A stretch of 64,000 nt of DNA, from the IMG/VR virus record IMGVR_UViG_3300045988_176682; one strand, written 5' to 3'. The position numbers were made by a program, and so were the translations under genes. The stretch comes from a virus. Below, piece by piece: positions 29,937-38,245 of the stretch (positions within the stretch are counted from its first letter, which is position 1; each line of letters opens with the position of its first letter). The notes under the pieces are model-generated. The model was not told the origin of the DNA. It ran no database searches and saw only the letters and a list, made by a program, of their open reading frames with translations.

Positions 29937-29965
29937 TTGACAAGGAAAAACGAATGGAATATAAA
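29937..29965 (+). promoter_or_regulatory. Sigma70-like promoter (TTGACA-17-TATAAA) for the early operon
   Basis: -35 at 29937-29942 and -10 at 29960-29965. Suggests the real start codon is at 29984. Confidence 0.4.
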
Positions 29966-30235
29966 GACAAAGTAGGACATAATATGACAGAGGAAAATAT
30001 GAAGAATAAATTAACCCTAAAACAATTCTCTGCCGAAGTTGGCTATTCTACACGCCAATTAAGCAGGTATATTAAGTCTGGTAAGCTATTCCCTCGCCGA
30101 TGGTTGAACGGAAGATGTTATTTTTTGGAAGAAGATATTGAAAAATTTAACAATTTCTTTCAAAATGTTACAAATCCCGCCGTTTTAGACCTTACATTGT
30201 CGGAGAATCCAGATGGAGAAGACGAATTATCCTGA
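29954..30235 (+). CDS. HTH DNA-binding protein (MerR/excisionase-like)
   Basis: LTLKQFSAEVGYSTRQLSRYIKSGKL...RRWLNGRCYFLEEDIEKF. Alternative start at 29984. Confidence 0.55.
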   Translation: MEYKDKVGHNMTEENMKNKLTLKQFSAEVGYSTRQLSRYIKSGKLFPRRWLNGRCYFLEEDIEKFNNFFQNVTNPAVLDLTLSENPDGEDELS

Positions 30236-30656
30236 TATTACCTACCCCCAGGTATTTAATATTCAAACTATTTTTATGAATTTTAAAAAAGACCCTGACT
30301 ATATAAAAAATTCTCCCTACTCAGAGGCGGTAAAGACTGGGTTGGAGAGCATATTCAGGAGAGCCAACGAGCACGAGAACCGTATCCAACGGGTAGATTT
30401 AGTCGATTTGAACCTTGAAGAAGAAGCCAATCTGGTTTATAGTCGAACGAAACAGCTCATGGATAAACCTCTCGAGCCGAATGAGGAACTTTCTATCCTC
30501 AAAAATGCCGCAGTTATGTTGGAAAAATTATTAGACTTGGCTGAAAGAGCTAAAAATCAGCGCTATATTAGGGATTTAGAGCAGAAAATATTGAAAATAG
30601 CTCAAAAGATGCCGGAAGAATCGAGAAATGAATTATTAAATATGTTGAAGGAATAA
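30213..30656 (+). CDS. Hypothetical protein
   Basis: 147-aa ORF in operon context. Confidence 0.5.
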   Translation: MEKTNYPDITYPQVFNIQTIFMNFKKDPDYIKNSPYSEAVKTGLESIFRRANEHENRIQRVDLVDLNLEEEANLVYSRTKQLMDKPLEPNEELSILKNAAVMLEKLLDLAERAKNQRYIRDLEQKILKIAQKMPEESRNELLNMLKE

Positions 30657-30658
30657 AA

Positions 30659-33124
30659 ATGGGAATTTTTAGCGAAAACGCCCCTAAATTATGGGCTTTA
30701 GGGCTACCGGTTATGCCTCTCTACCCCAAAGAGAAGAATCCTATCGTTCCGTCTTGGCAGCAGTTCGCAGAACGGATGCCAACTCCGGACGAACAGGCTT
30801 TCTGGCTTAAAAACTATGCCAACGGTAACATTGGCCTCCCTCTCGGTCCGCAGTCAGGCTGTGTAGCTCTTGATATTGATACCGAGAATGACGAACTCTT
30901 CAAATTAGTTTGCGGCCTTGTTCCGCAATCCCCGTGGAATCGTATCGGTTCTCACGGAAAGGTGATGCTTTTCAAGTACACCGGCCAAAAAACTTTCCGT
31001 ATCAAAGATATTGACGGCGTAACTATTTGCGAGCTGCTTTCAGCCCGTACACAGGTTGTTATTCCTCCGTCAATCCACCCCAAAACTCAGAAACCTTACT
31101 ATTCGGATACTAATCTGGAAGATGTAATAAAAAATCTGCCGGTACTTGACCAGAACATTGAGAACATTCTTCGTCAATCTCTCGAAGATTTTGGCGTAAC
31201 CCTGTCTCACTCAGGCTGGACAAGAACCACGGATTACATTTCCAGAGGAAGCCGTGACGTAAAAATGACTTCTATGGCCGGTTTCTTTGCCAACGGGATT
31301 ACCAGAGGAGAGCTCTCGGTTAAGGAAGCCATTGCAAGAATGTACGCTTGGTATTCTTCCTGCGTGGAACAGATTGCCGGAGATGATGTCGACATTGATA
31401 AAGGCATCAGAAACATGATTTCTTTCCTCGTGCAAGACGTTATCGGGCCAAAGAAGAAGGTTCTGCCGCGAGGGTGGGACGAGGGCCTCTCCGAGGAAGA
31501 AAAAACCCAAATGGGGCTCAATTTTAATACCGAGCTCGAGGAGTGGGACTATAATCGCTTAAAAGAATATCTTTACGAGCAATTCAACCTTCATGCAGAG
31601 GATTCTGTCCAGCGCTCGGAAGCAATCGAATATATCTTATGCCGAATCGCCCGGTCTCCGAGCCTGACATCGCTTGACGAGGACCGAATCCTGAAATATA
31701 TCAGCCAAACTTGCAAAAACATCCAGCTTTCTGCCCTCCGGAAGCGCTTAAACGAGTTAAAAACAGGCGATTTAAGAGGAACCAACCACACAGAAATCGC
31801 CCGTGCCGTTATCGAGGAAGTCCGCCGGTCAACGGATATGCACTTCTTCCAAGACAAATTGTGGCGGTGGAACGGCTCGAACTGGGAATCGCAGCCGGAA
31901 CAAGAGCTGCTTGAAATGATAGCCAACAACTTCGGTCATCTGCCGGCCGCAACTCGAGCCACAGACCATGCAGGTATCATCAGAATCTTAAAAAATATCG
32001 TACCGCAGGGGTTAACCGTTAACGGAGTTCCTCAGGCAAACGGCATTAACTTCGCCAACGGGTTCGTCGATATGGAAGGAATCCTCCATCCACACAATCC
32101 GGCCTATGGTATGACCTACACTCTTCCTTTCCGGTATATGCCGGAACTGGGAACATTAGACCATTGTCCTCGTTTTAAGCAGTTCCTTACCGATGTTTGG
32201 GGAGAAGAAAAAGACTTCACCCAACGGGTTCGGGCTCTTCAAGAGGTAATGGCCTCCACTTTCTTCGGTATCGGCACCTCTTTCTCACGAGCCGTCCTTC
32301 TTTATGGTATTGCCGGTTCGGGCAAATCCCAGTTGTTGGAAATCGTGAAAAACCTGCTGCCGCAGAAAGTGGTATCTTATATCCCGCCCTATGACTTTGA
32401 CGACAGATTTAAGGTGACGGAACTTTCCCGTTCCATCATGAACATCTGCGGAGAGTTACACCGGGATAAAAAGATACCGTCCGCCGCTTTCAAGCAAATC
32501 ATTGACAGCTCCGAACTGTCTGGCCAATATAAAAGCCGCCCCTTGTTTGATTTCCGCCCGAAAGCGACGCATTGGTTTGCCAGCAACCACCTTCCGAAGT
32601 CGGATGACGATACCGAAGGCTTTAACCGTCGGTGGTTAATCCTGTCGTTTAACCATCCGGTTTCTTCGGATAAAAAAGTCCGTAATATTGGCGATATAAT
32701 CGTCGCTGAGGAGAGAGAAGCCATTGCGGCCTGGGTAGTATCGGTGATAAACGAGCTGCGTAAGCAGAGCGAATATTCGATACCCGACAGCCACTATAGC
32801 TTTGTCTCGGAGATGGCTTCTGAAAACGATACACTTTTTTTCTTTCTCATCTCGGACAAGGGGCCGAGAAAGGTATTGAACGACGACGGGAGCTTATCAG
32901 AAAGTACGAAAATACACGCCGACAAACTCTACGAAGAATACACCGCCTTTTGCTACTCTACGGCTCATGCCCGGCCTGTGGGGTTGAAAAGATACTCTCA
33001 GAGGCTGAGGGAATTGTCGATTTTTATGGGATTCAAAGTGGACAGTTTGACGGTGTATGGACTCACAATGGACAAGGGCCAGGCTACAATGGCGAAGAGT
33101 GTACCATTGATAAGAAACTTTTAG
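30659..33124 (+). CDS. DNA primase/helicase: N-terminal Prim-Pol domain plus D5/P4-type SF3 helicase
   Basis: 821 aa. N-terminal bifunctional primase-polymerase-like region. Walker A GIAGSGKSQLLEIV and Walker B in the C-terminal half. Confidence 0.75.
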   Translation: MGIFSENAPKLWALGLPVMPLYPKEKNPIVPSWQQFAERMPTPDEQAFWLKNYANGNIGLPLGPQSGCVALDIDTENDELFKLVCGLVPQSPWNRIGSHGKVMLFKYTGQKTFRIKDIDGVTICELLSARTQVVIPPSIHPKTQKPYYSDTNLEDVIKNLPVLDQNIENILRQSLEDFGVTLSHSGWTRTTDYISRGSRDVKMTSMAGFFANGITRGELSVKEAIARMYAWYSSCVEQIAGDDVDIDKGIRNMISFLVQDVIGPKKKVLPRGWDEGLSEEEKTQMGLNFNTELEEWDYNRLKEYLYEQFNLHAEDSVQRSEAIEYILCRIARSPSLTSLDEDRILKYISQTCKNIQLSALRKRLNELKTGDLRGTNHTEIARAVIEEVRRSTDMHFFQDKLWRWNGSNWESQPEQELLEMIANNFGHLPAATRATDHAGIIRILKNIVPQGLTVNGVPQANGINFANGFVDMEGILHPHNPAYGMTYTLPFRYMPELGTLDHCPRFKQFLTDVWGEEKDFTQRVRALQEVMASTFFGIGTSFSRAVLLYGIAGSGKSQLLEIVKNLLPQKVVSYIPPYDFDDRFKVTELSRSIMNICGELHRDKKIPSAAFKQIIDSSELSGQYKSRPLFDFRPKATHWFASNHLPKSDDDTEGFNRRWLILSFNHPVSSDKKVRNIGDIIVAEEREAIAAWVVSVINELRKQSEYSIPDSHYSFVSEMASENDTLFFFLISDKGPRKVLNDDGSLSESTKIHADKLYEEYTAFCYSTAHARPVGLKRYSQRLRELSIFMGFKVDSLTVYGLTMDKGQATMAKSVPLIRNF

Positions 33125-33148
33125 TTAGAAACGGAAGGATTATCAGAC

Positions 33149-33367
33149 ATGACAAATAACAACCGTATTTACAGAAGGGACCAATTACGGTTCCTTACTG
33201 CTGACGTTAACCGTATCTTAGCCAAAGCCAGGGAAATAGAGAAAGATTTCCCGGACGATGACAGGGACGGCGCTAAGGAAGATTTAGGTCTTGCAATCCA
33301 ACATCTTGACAAAGCGTTTTATCATTTAAGCTGGACGTTAGCCGGAGAAATGGACCCATGGGATTAG
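33149..33367 (+). CDS. Hypothetical protein
   Basis: 72-aa ORF. Confidence 0.45.
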   Translation: MTNNNRIYRRDQLRFLTADVNRILAKAREIEKDFPDDDRDGAKEDLGLAIQHLDKAFYHLSWTLAGEMDPWD

Positions 33368-33972
33368 AAGCTATGATGACGAGAATGCAATCTGATTTAT
33401 TAGAAAAATATACCATTTACAGCAAAGACAAAAAGCTTAAGCAAATAAACTGGCCGATACCGGTAAACGTTGAGGGGATAACTCCCCCCAAGACGTTTGC
33501 CTTGAAAGGTCAAAAAATGACCTTTAAGCTATACTCGACCAAGAAAGCCAAGGCGTTTATCGAATGGGCTCTTACCGAGCTGTCTTTAAGCAAGAAGGAA
33601 TTTTACAGCACTTGCCGGAGAATGGACGTTGTTAAGAAACGGTCACTAATTGTTTATGTGCTAAGGTGTGAATTTGGCGTTCCCTGTGTACAGGCCGGGG
33701 AGATGATAGGCAGAAACGTATCGCAAATTCCTTATCTTCAGATGGTTGCCATAAGGGAATATGGCGAGGAGCTAAAAGAAGTAGGAGACCTTATTAAGAA
33801 ATGGAGAGAATATGATGCAGAACCCCGATGCCAACAACAACGCCAACAGCAATGCCAACAGCAATGCCAACAACACCAGCAACACCAACAGCAATGCCAA
33901 AAGGATAAAGATTGTTCACAAAGACGGAAAAACCTATACCTATCCTCTAAGCAAAGTCCCCTCGTGGCTTAA
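33358..33972 (+). CDS. HTH protein, DnaA C-terminal domain-like (paralogue 1); 3' end uncertain (Q-rich extension overlaps next gene)
   Basis: RSLIVYVLRCEFGVPCVQAGEMIGRNVSQIPYLQ resembles DnaA domain IV. Paralogous to 33812..34396. Confidence 0.45.
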   Translation: MGLEAMMTRMQSDLLEKYTIYSKDKKLKQINWPIPVNVEGITPPKTFALKGQKMTFKLYSTKKAKAFIEWALTELSLSKKEFYSTCRRMDVVKKRSLIVYVLRCEFGVPCVQAGEMIGRNVSQIPYLQMVAIREYGEELKEVGDLIKKWREYDAEPRCQQQRQQQCQQQCQQHQQHQQQCQKDKDCSQRRKNLYLSSKQSPLVA

Positions 33973-34396
33973 GCATAAGGGAGAGTCTACCCAAAGGTAT
34001 GACTGGCCGATTCCGATTGGCGAGAAGAGAGGGCCATGGACGGACACGCCTCCTGAGGTATATTATGTAAAGAATCAGGAGATACGGAAAAAGAGAGGGA
34101 AAGCTGAAACTCTGGGGTGGAAGGATTGGGTGGGAGACTTCATAAGATTTACTTGTGAAAGAGAAGGTGTAGAACTCTATAATATTCTTTCTCCGGACAA
34201 GCATTCCCGTTTTGTAATAGTGAGAGCCCTTATTGTGTATGCGCTCAGGTGCAGGGGTGTTTCACGATGGCAGTTGGGGAAAATGTTACACAGAGACGGG
34301 GCTACTATACAATACTTACAGGGAAAAGCGGTAGCGTTATTTGGTGACAAACTGAAAGAAGTCAGCAAGTTACTTGAGGAGTGGGATGATAGATAA
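33812..34396 (+). CDS. HTH protein, DnaA C-terminal domain-like (paralogue 2) with N-terminal (NANS)n low-complexity region
   Basis: RALIVYALRCRGVSRWQLGKMLHRDGATIQYLQ. RBS GGAGAG lies upstream. Shares WPIPI and ...KEV..L.EEWDD with paralogue 1. Confidence 0.5.
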   Translation: MMQNPDANNNANSNANSNANNTSNTNSNAKRIKIVHKDGKTYTYPLSKVPSWLKHKGESTQRYDWPIPIGEKRGPWTDTPPEVYYVKNQEIRKKRGKAETLGWKDWVGDFIRFTCEREGVELYNILSPDKHSRFVIVRALIVYALRCRGVSRWQLGKMLHRDGATIQYLQGKAVALFGDKLKEVSKLLEEWDDR

Positions 34397-34459
34397 TCCT
34401 TCTAACCCTCCTAATCCCGGAGTTACCCGGAGAGAGCCCAGAAATCGGATTTGGAAAGA

Positions 34460-34483
34460 CCCTTCCTTTTGGAAGGGTTTTTT
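34460..34483 (+). terminator. Intrinsic terminator
   Basis: CCCTTCC(TTTT)GGAAGGG followed by T6. Confidence 0.6.
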
Positions 34484-34492
34484 ATTGGGTAC

Positions 34493-34756
34493 GGGAAAGG
34501 GAAAAGATAAAAGGGTCACAGTTAGGTTACTGGAAGGTGTCCTAATATGTCCTATCCCGAAAAATTTCGGAATCGGATTCGGGAAAGGGAAAAGATAAAA
34601 GGGTCACAGTTAGGTTACTGGAAGGTGTCCTAATATGTCCTATCCCGAAAAATTTCGGAATCGGATTCGGGAAAGGGAAAAGATAAAAGGGTCACAGTTA
34701 GGTTACTGGAAGGTGTCCTAATATGTCCTATCCCGAAAAATTTCGGAATCGGATTC
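34493..34756. repeat. Three perfect tandem copies of an 88-bp non-coding repeat (candidate iteron/origin or centromere-like array)
   Basis: Identical units starting at 34493, 34581 and 34669 (GGGAAAGGGAAAAGATAAAAGGGTCACAGTTAGG...CGGAATCGGATTC). Period is not a multiple of 3. Confidence 0.85.
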
Positions 34757-34960
34757 GGGAGGGCCCTGTCCCCGGTTCCCTTGCCGATTCTCTCTCAAAA
34801 AAAACATACTACCCTTGCACTAAGTCTTTGATTTTACTTATTTACACCCTCTTTGTTCAATTTTTTATATTTATATGTTGTCAAGCTTTTTTATTAATGT
34901 TACCTTACCACTATAAACAGCGTTTTTAACATTCATATTTTACACACAGAGGATAATACC

Positions 34961-35329
34961 ATGACAAATATAGCAACCTTAAACCTGCAAACAATTAACC
35001 AGTCAGACGATTTTATTGCCAACGCAAAAAAAGCACTCCGCGCCGATATGGTTAACAGCCGCAAATTGACGCTTGACAGCATCACAGCAGTTGCCGCCCT
35101 ATCCTATTCTTTGTTTATCCATAATAACCCCGACTCCGATTTCTCGATATATCGGGTAAACTCAACAGAGATTAGCGAGTCCAGATTGCGCCAACAACTA
35201 ATCAACTCTATATTTAACAAGCAGCAGTTGGAAGAATTGCAGAGCTCTGAAGGGCGAGTCATATATAACAAAGTGTGCGCCGGCATGATTATCTTTAAAG
35301 ACAACCTTAACAGATTTCATGCCCTTTGA
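34961..35329 (+). CDS. Hypothetical protein
   Basis: 122-aa ORF with RBS. Confidence 0.5.
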   Translation: MTNIATLNLQTINQSDDFIANAKKALRADMVNSRKLTLDSITAVAALSYSLFIHNNPDSDFSIYRVNSTEISESRLRQQLINSIFNKQQLEELQSSEGRVIYNKVCAGMIIFKDNLNRFHAL

Positions 35330-35446
35330 CACAATACCAAAACCAAATATAACTATCTTATCTCAAATAAAACTATCTATCATACTTTAAAAATAAACAA
35401 ATATAAATTTAATAAAAATAATATTTTTAACTAGGGAGAAAAAGCA

Positions 35447-35983
35447 ATGTTAAATTTAACGATTAAAAACCCGAGACCGGGAACATTTACGAACAAACAT
35501 ATCATGATTGATATTGAATTGAACGGCAAGTTTATTTCAACTTACGAATGCAATCCGTTTTATCAAATGGATACAAAAGGCGAAATTTTCAATCAAATAG
35601 TAAATGCTATAAGTTGGTCAAATTCGAAGTACGATACTGGAACCGCTGCAAGATTATTTAAGATTTATTGTGGTATGGAGTGTGGTAAAGATTTATATTA
35701 CGATACCGTAAAATCTTTCATGAATATAATCCTTAAAACCTTAAAGGATAAGATTTTGGATTTAATTGACCTTAAAGATGTTGAAAGATGTTTGTTTAAT
35801 GATGCCGAGTGTTTTGAATCCGGTTCCGATTTCGAGGACTTTTGCTTTAACCTCGGTTATGATACCGACAGCATTAAAGCTTTAAAAGTTTATGAGGGCT
35901 GTAAGGAAATCTATCTGAAACTGGTTCAAACTATCGGTTCAGAGAAATTGAGAGAAGGCATTGAATATTATCGGGAGAATTAG
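35447..35983 (+). CDS. Hypothetical protein
   Basis: 178-aa ORF with RBS AGGGAGA. Its 5' end is duplicated at 37752. Confidence 0.55.
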   Translation: MLNLTIKNPRPGTFTNKHIMIDIELNGKFISTYECNPFYQMDTKGEIFNQIVNAISWSNSKYDTGTAARLFKIYCGMECGKDLYYDTVKSFMNIILKTLKDKILDLIDLKDVERCLFNDAECFESGSDFEDFCFNLGYDTDSIKALKVYEGCKEIYLKLVQTIGSEKLREGIEYYREN

Positions 35984-36613
35984 CCATATATATTTTTGAG
36001 CGGGATGAGGTTATGAACAGATTATAATCCGGATTCAGAATTATTTAGGGATACTTTACCACGGGTATGGGAGGTTTTAGGTTCGGAGTGTCTCCGAACG
36101 GGGAGAAAGGAGAAAAATTTTAAATCGGGATATGAATCGATTCATAAAAAAGTTAATTTTAGACTAATTTGACGGAAGGAGATTTCAACTACAGGTAGGG
36201 AGATAGGTGAAAAAGCACGCAAAATTTTAACTCAAATGATATTCCTCTCTTGAATATATTTATATTGACATTTGACAAATTTTGAATAAAATATTTCCAG
36301 AATCACCGGATTATAAACAAAACGTCGAATTACGTCAAAATTTCTCTATTTGTCTTTTTTGTCAATCATTCATATTTTAATAAATTATTGATTCTATTAT
36401 ATATTTCTTCTTCTCTATTATTTCTCACTTCGTTTAGAATCTGAGTTTTATTTTTAGACAAAATAATTTTGTATAAAAAAAATAACATAATAGGGTAAAA
36501 ATAAAAACGATGTTTGACTCTTGTAAGGAAAGATTTTATTTTGTAAAAACAAAGACATCTCGTTAGATGATTATCTGGACAAAATTTTAGTCTACATAAA
36601 AAGGAAAAAAATA

Positions 36614-36835
36614 ATGATTTTACAACCAGTTGTTAAAAAAAGCGCTTTAAATTTAAACAAAATTGAACAAAACAACAAATTTAACCGGGTTTTCTGGAAT
36701 CCGAGATATGAATCGATTCATAATCACGAATCAATTCAAGTCAAAAAGCCAAACCCTATTGTAACCGGATTATTCGTCCTGTTAACCGTGGCTGTTGTCT
36801 GGTTTATTATGTTTATGGTTTTCATCATTTTTTGA
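36614..36835 (+). CDS. Small membrane protein (C-terminal TM)
   Basis: 73 aa. TM segment LFVLLTVAVVWFIMFMVFIIF. Confidence 0.45.
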   Translation: MILQPVVKKSALNLNKIEQNNKFNRVFWNPRYESIHNHESIQVKKPNPIVTGLFVLLTVAVVWFIMFMVFIIF

Positions 36836-36848
36836 GGAGGAATTTTTT

Positions 36849-37340
36849 ATGATAATAAAACCGAAAGAGTTTCTAAACGAGCATTGGTATCTGGATTCTA
36901 AAACCGTTACCCCTGTCGAGTTCGTAAGAAGTTTTTATTTGCGTTCCGGGGTACATTTGGGGGGCATCTTCTCTCTAAATCCGTGCAAAGATAAAAAATG
37001 TTGTAATCCGTATCATTTCCGGGTTGGGCTTTATAAAGGAAAAACCGGAGCAATTAGAACAAAGATGTTAAACCTTTTAGATACCGCCGACGACATTAAT
37101 TGGATAGAGTGTATGGCTCATGGCCCTAAGGGTTATCTAAATTTATATAATTCTATGCAGGAAAGGGAGGCCTTTAAAATAACCGAAACCGAATTGGTAC
37201 AGGCGTTTTTTCTAAAAGCCCTAAGTTTAACCCCGGAACAAAAAGCTTTGTCTTTGGATTTTTCGAGGATTTTAAATAATCCTAAAATTATGGGAATACT
37301 AACTAACACAATTATGGGAGCCGATAAGGCCGAAAAATAG
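36849..37340 (+). CDS. HNH endonuclease (HNH_3-like)
   Basis: LNPCKDKKCCNPYHFRVG fits the C.N..C.NP.HL..GT HNH_3 signature. Strong RBS GGAGG. Confidence 0.5.
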   Translation: MIIKPKEFLNEHWYLDSKTVTPVEFVRSFYLRSGVHLGGIFSLNPCKDKKCCNPYHFRVGLYKGKTGAIRTKMLNLLDTADDINWIECMAHGPKGYLNLYNSMQEREAFKITETELVQAFFLKALSLTPEQKALSLDFSRILNNPKIMGILTNTIMGADKAEK

Positions 37341-37419
37341 GCCAAGGAAACGCGAATCAGCTATTTTTGGTATAAGGGTAGCCAAACGATAAAAAAGCCT
37401 CTGTACGGGCAAAAAAAAT

Positions 37420-37737
37420 ATGAATTTGATGAGGAGGGTTATATCTATGAATAAATACGAAATGTGCAGGTTTTGTGCCAAACAGGGCTGGGAAGAGGTC
37501 CGCAAGGATTTAGCAAACGCCAGGGTATTTGATTATAAGGACAAAGAAGAGTTCCTTTGTAATTTTGAAAATGATTTTTATTCGCCTTGTTATTCCAGAT
37601 TTGATAACGGTTTCTATTTTGAAAGCGGTAGCTGCTGTTTTGAGATAGAATGGTTGGATAATAAGGTTACTTTGACGGGAAATGTTAACTATTTTCCGAA
37701 AGACAGCCCGGAAATTTACAATTACTGTTTTGAATAA
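37420..37737 (+). CDS. Hypothetical Cys-rich protein
   Basis: 105-aa ORF. Confidence 0.45.
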   Translation: MNLMRRVISMNKYEMCRFCAKQGWEEVRKDLANARVFDYKDKEEFLCNFENDFYSPCYSRFDNGFYFESGSCCFEIEWLDNKVTLTGNVNYFPKDSPEIYNYCFE

Positions 37738-37751
37738 GAGGAGAAAAACAA

Positions 37752-37832
37752 TGCTTAACTTAACGATTAAAAACCCGAGACCGAGGACATTATCAATTTA
37801 TATTCATATCCGAAAAAAAAGAAATCTTTAAG
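37752..37832 (+). pseudogene. Truncated duplicate of the 5' end of gene 35447..35983
   Basis: MLNLTIKNPRPR then diverges and stops. Perfect 24-bp match to 35456-35479 plus a similar RBS. Confidence 0.5.
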
Positions 37833-37942
37833 AATGCTGAGAGTAGACTAATTGAAAGGGTTTCGTATGTTAATATAATTCAAAACGGAGACCTTGAGGA
37901 TATAGATTTTGTTAGGAAATTTTATAGGGGAGATATAATGCT

Positions 37943-38245
37943 ATGACATGTATAAATCAAATAGAAATCGATAGAGATTTCGAAACCGAAATCGTATTTG
38001 ATTACGAAAAAATTAAGAATATTTTAACCGAAAATGAACATGAATGTATAGAGGAAATTATCCGGGTATTAATTCAAAAAGATTTTACCGTCCAATATCT
38101 CGGTTGTGATATTTATTGTATCGGAAATAAAAAGATAAGCGTTCTAATGGCTGATAAAAAATTACAGCCTCTTATCGAATTATACCGGGAAGGCGGAGAA
38201 AAAATCGGACAGATTACAGTAATTGAGGAAAATGAGGAGAAATAA
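37943..38245 (+). CDS. Hypothetical protein
   Basis: 100-aa ORF. Confidence 0.5.
   Translation: MTCINQIEIDRDFETEIVFDYEKIKNILTENEHECIEEIIRVLIQKDFTVQYLGCDIYCIGNKKISVLMADKKLQPLIELYREGGEKIGQITVIEENEEK

Noticed and set aside
31211-32834. Multiple antisense ORFs (95-112 aa) inside the primase/helicase gene
   Set aside because: Embedded in a strongly supported CDS. No RBS or independent support.
33826-33972. Poly-Gln C-terminal tail of ORF 33358..33972
   Set aside because: Kept as uncertain. The Q-rich reading is an alternative frame of a codon repeat that more plausibly belongs to the N-terminus of the next gene.
34493-34756. Possible CRISPR array
   Set aside because: Repeats are directly contiguous with no spacers, and the unit is 88 bp. 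Not CRISPR-like.
34374-34929. ORFs 34374..34598 and 34723..34929 spanning the 88-bp repeat array
   Set aside because: Translations are repeat-driven (GKGKDKRVTVRLLEGV...). The 88-bp period breaks the frame. More parsimonious as a non-coding array.
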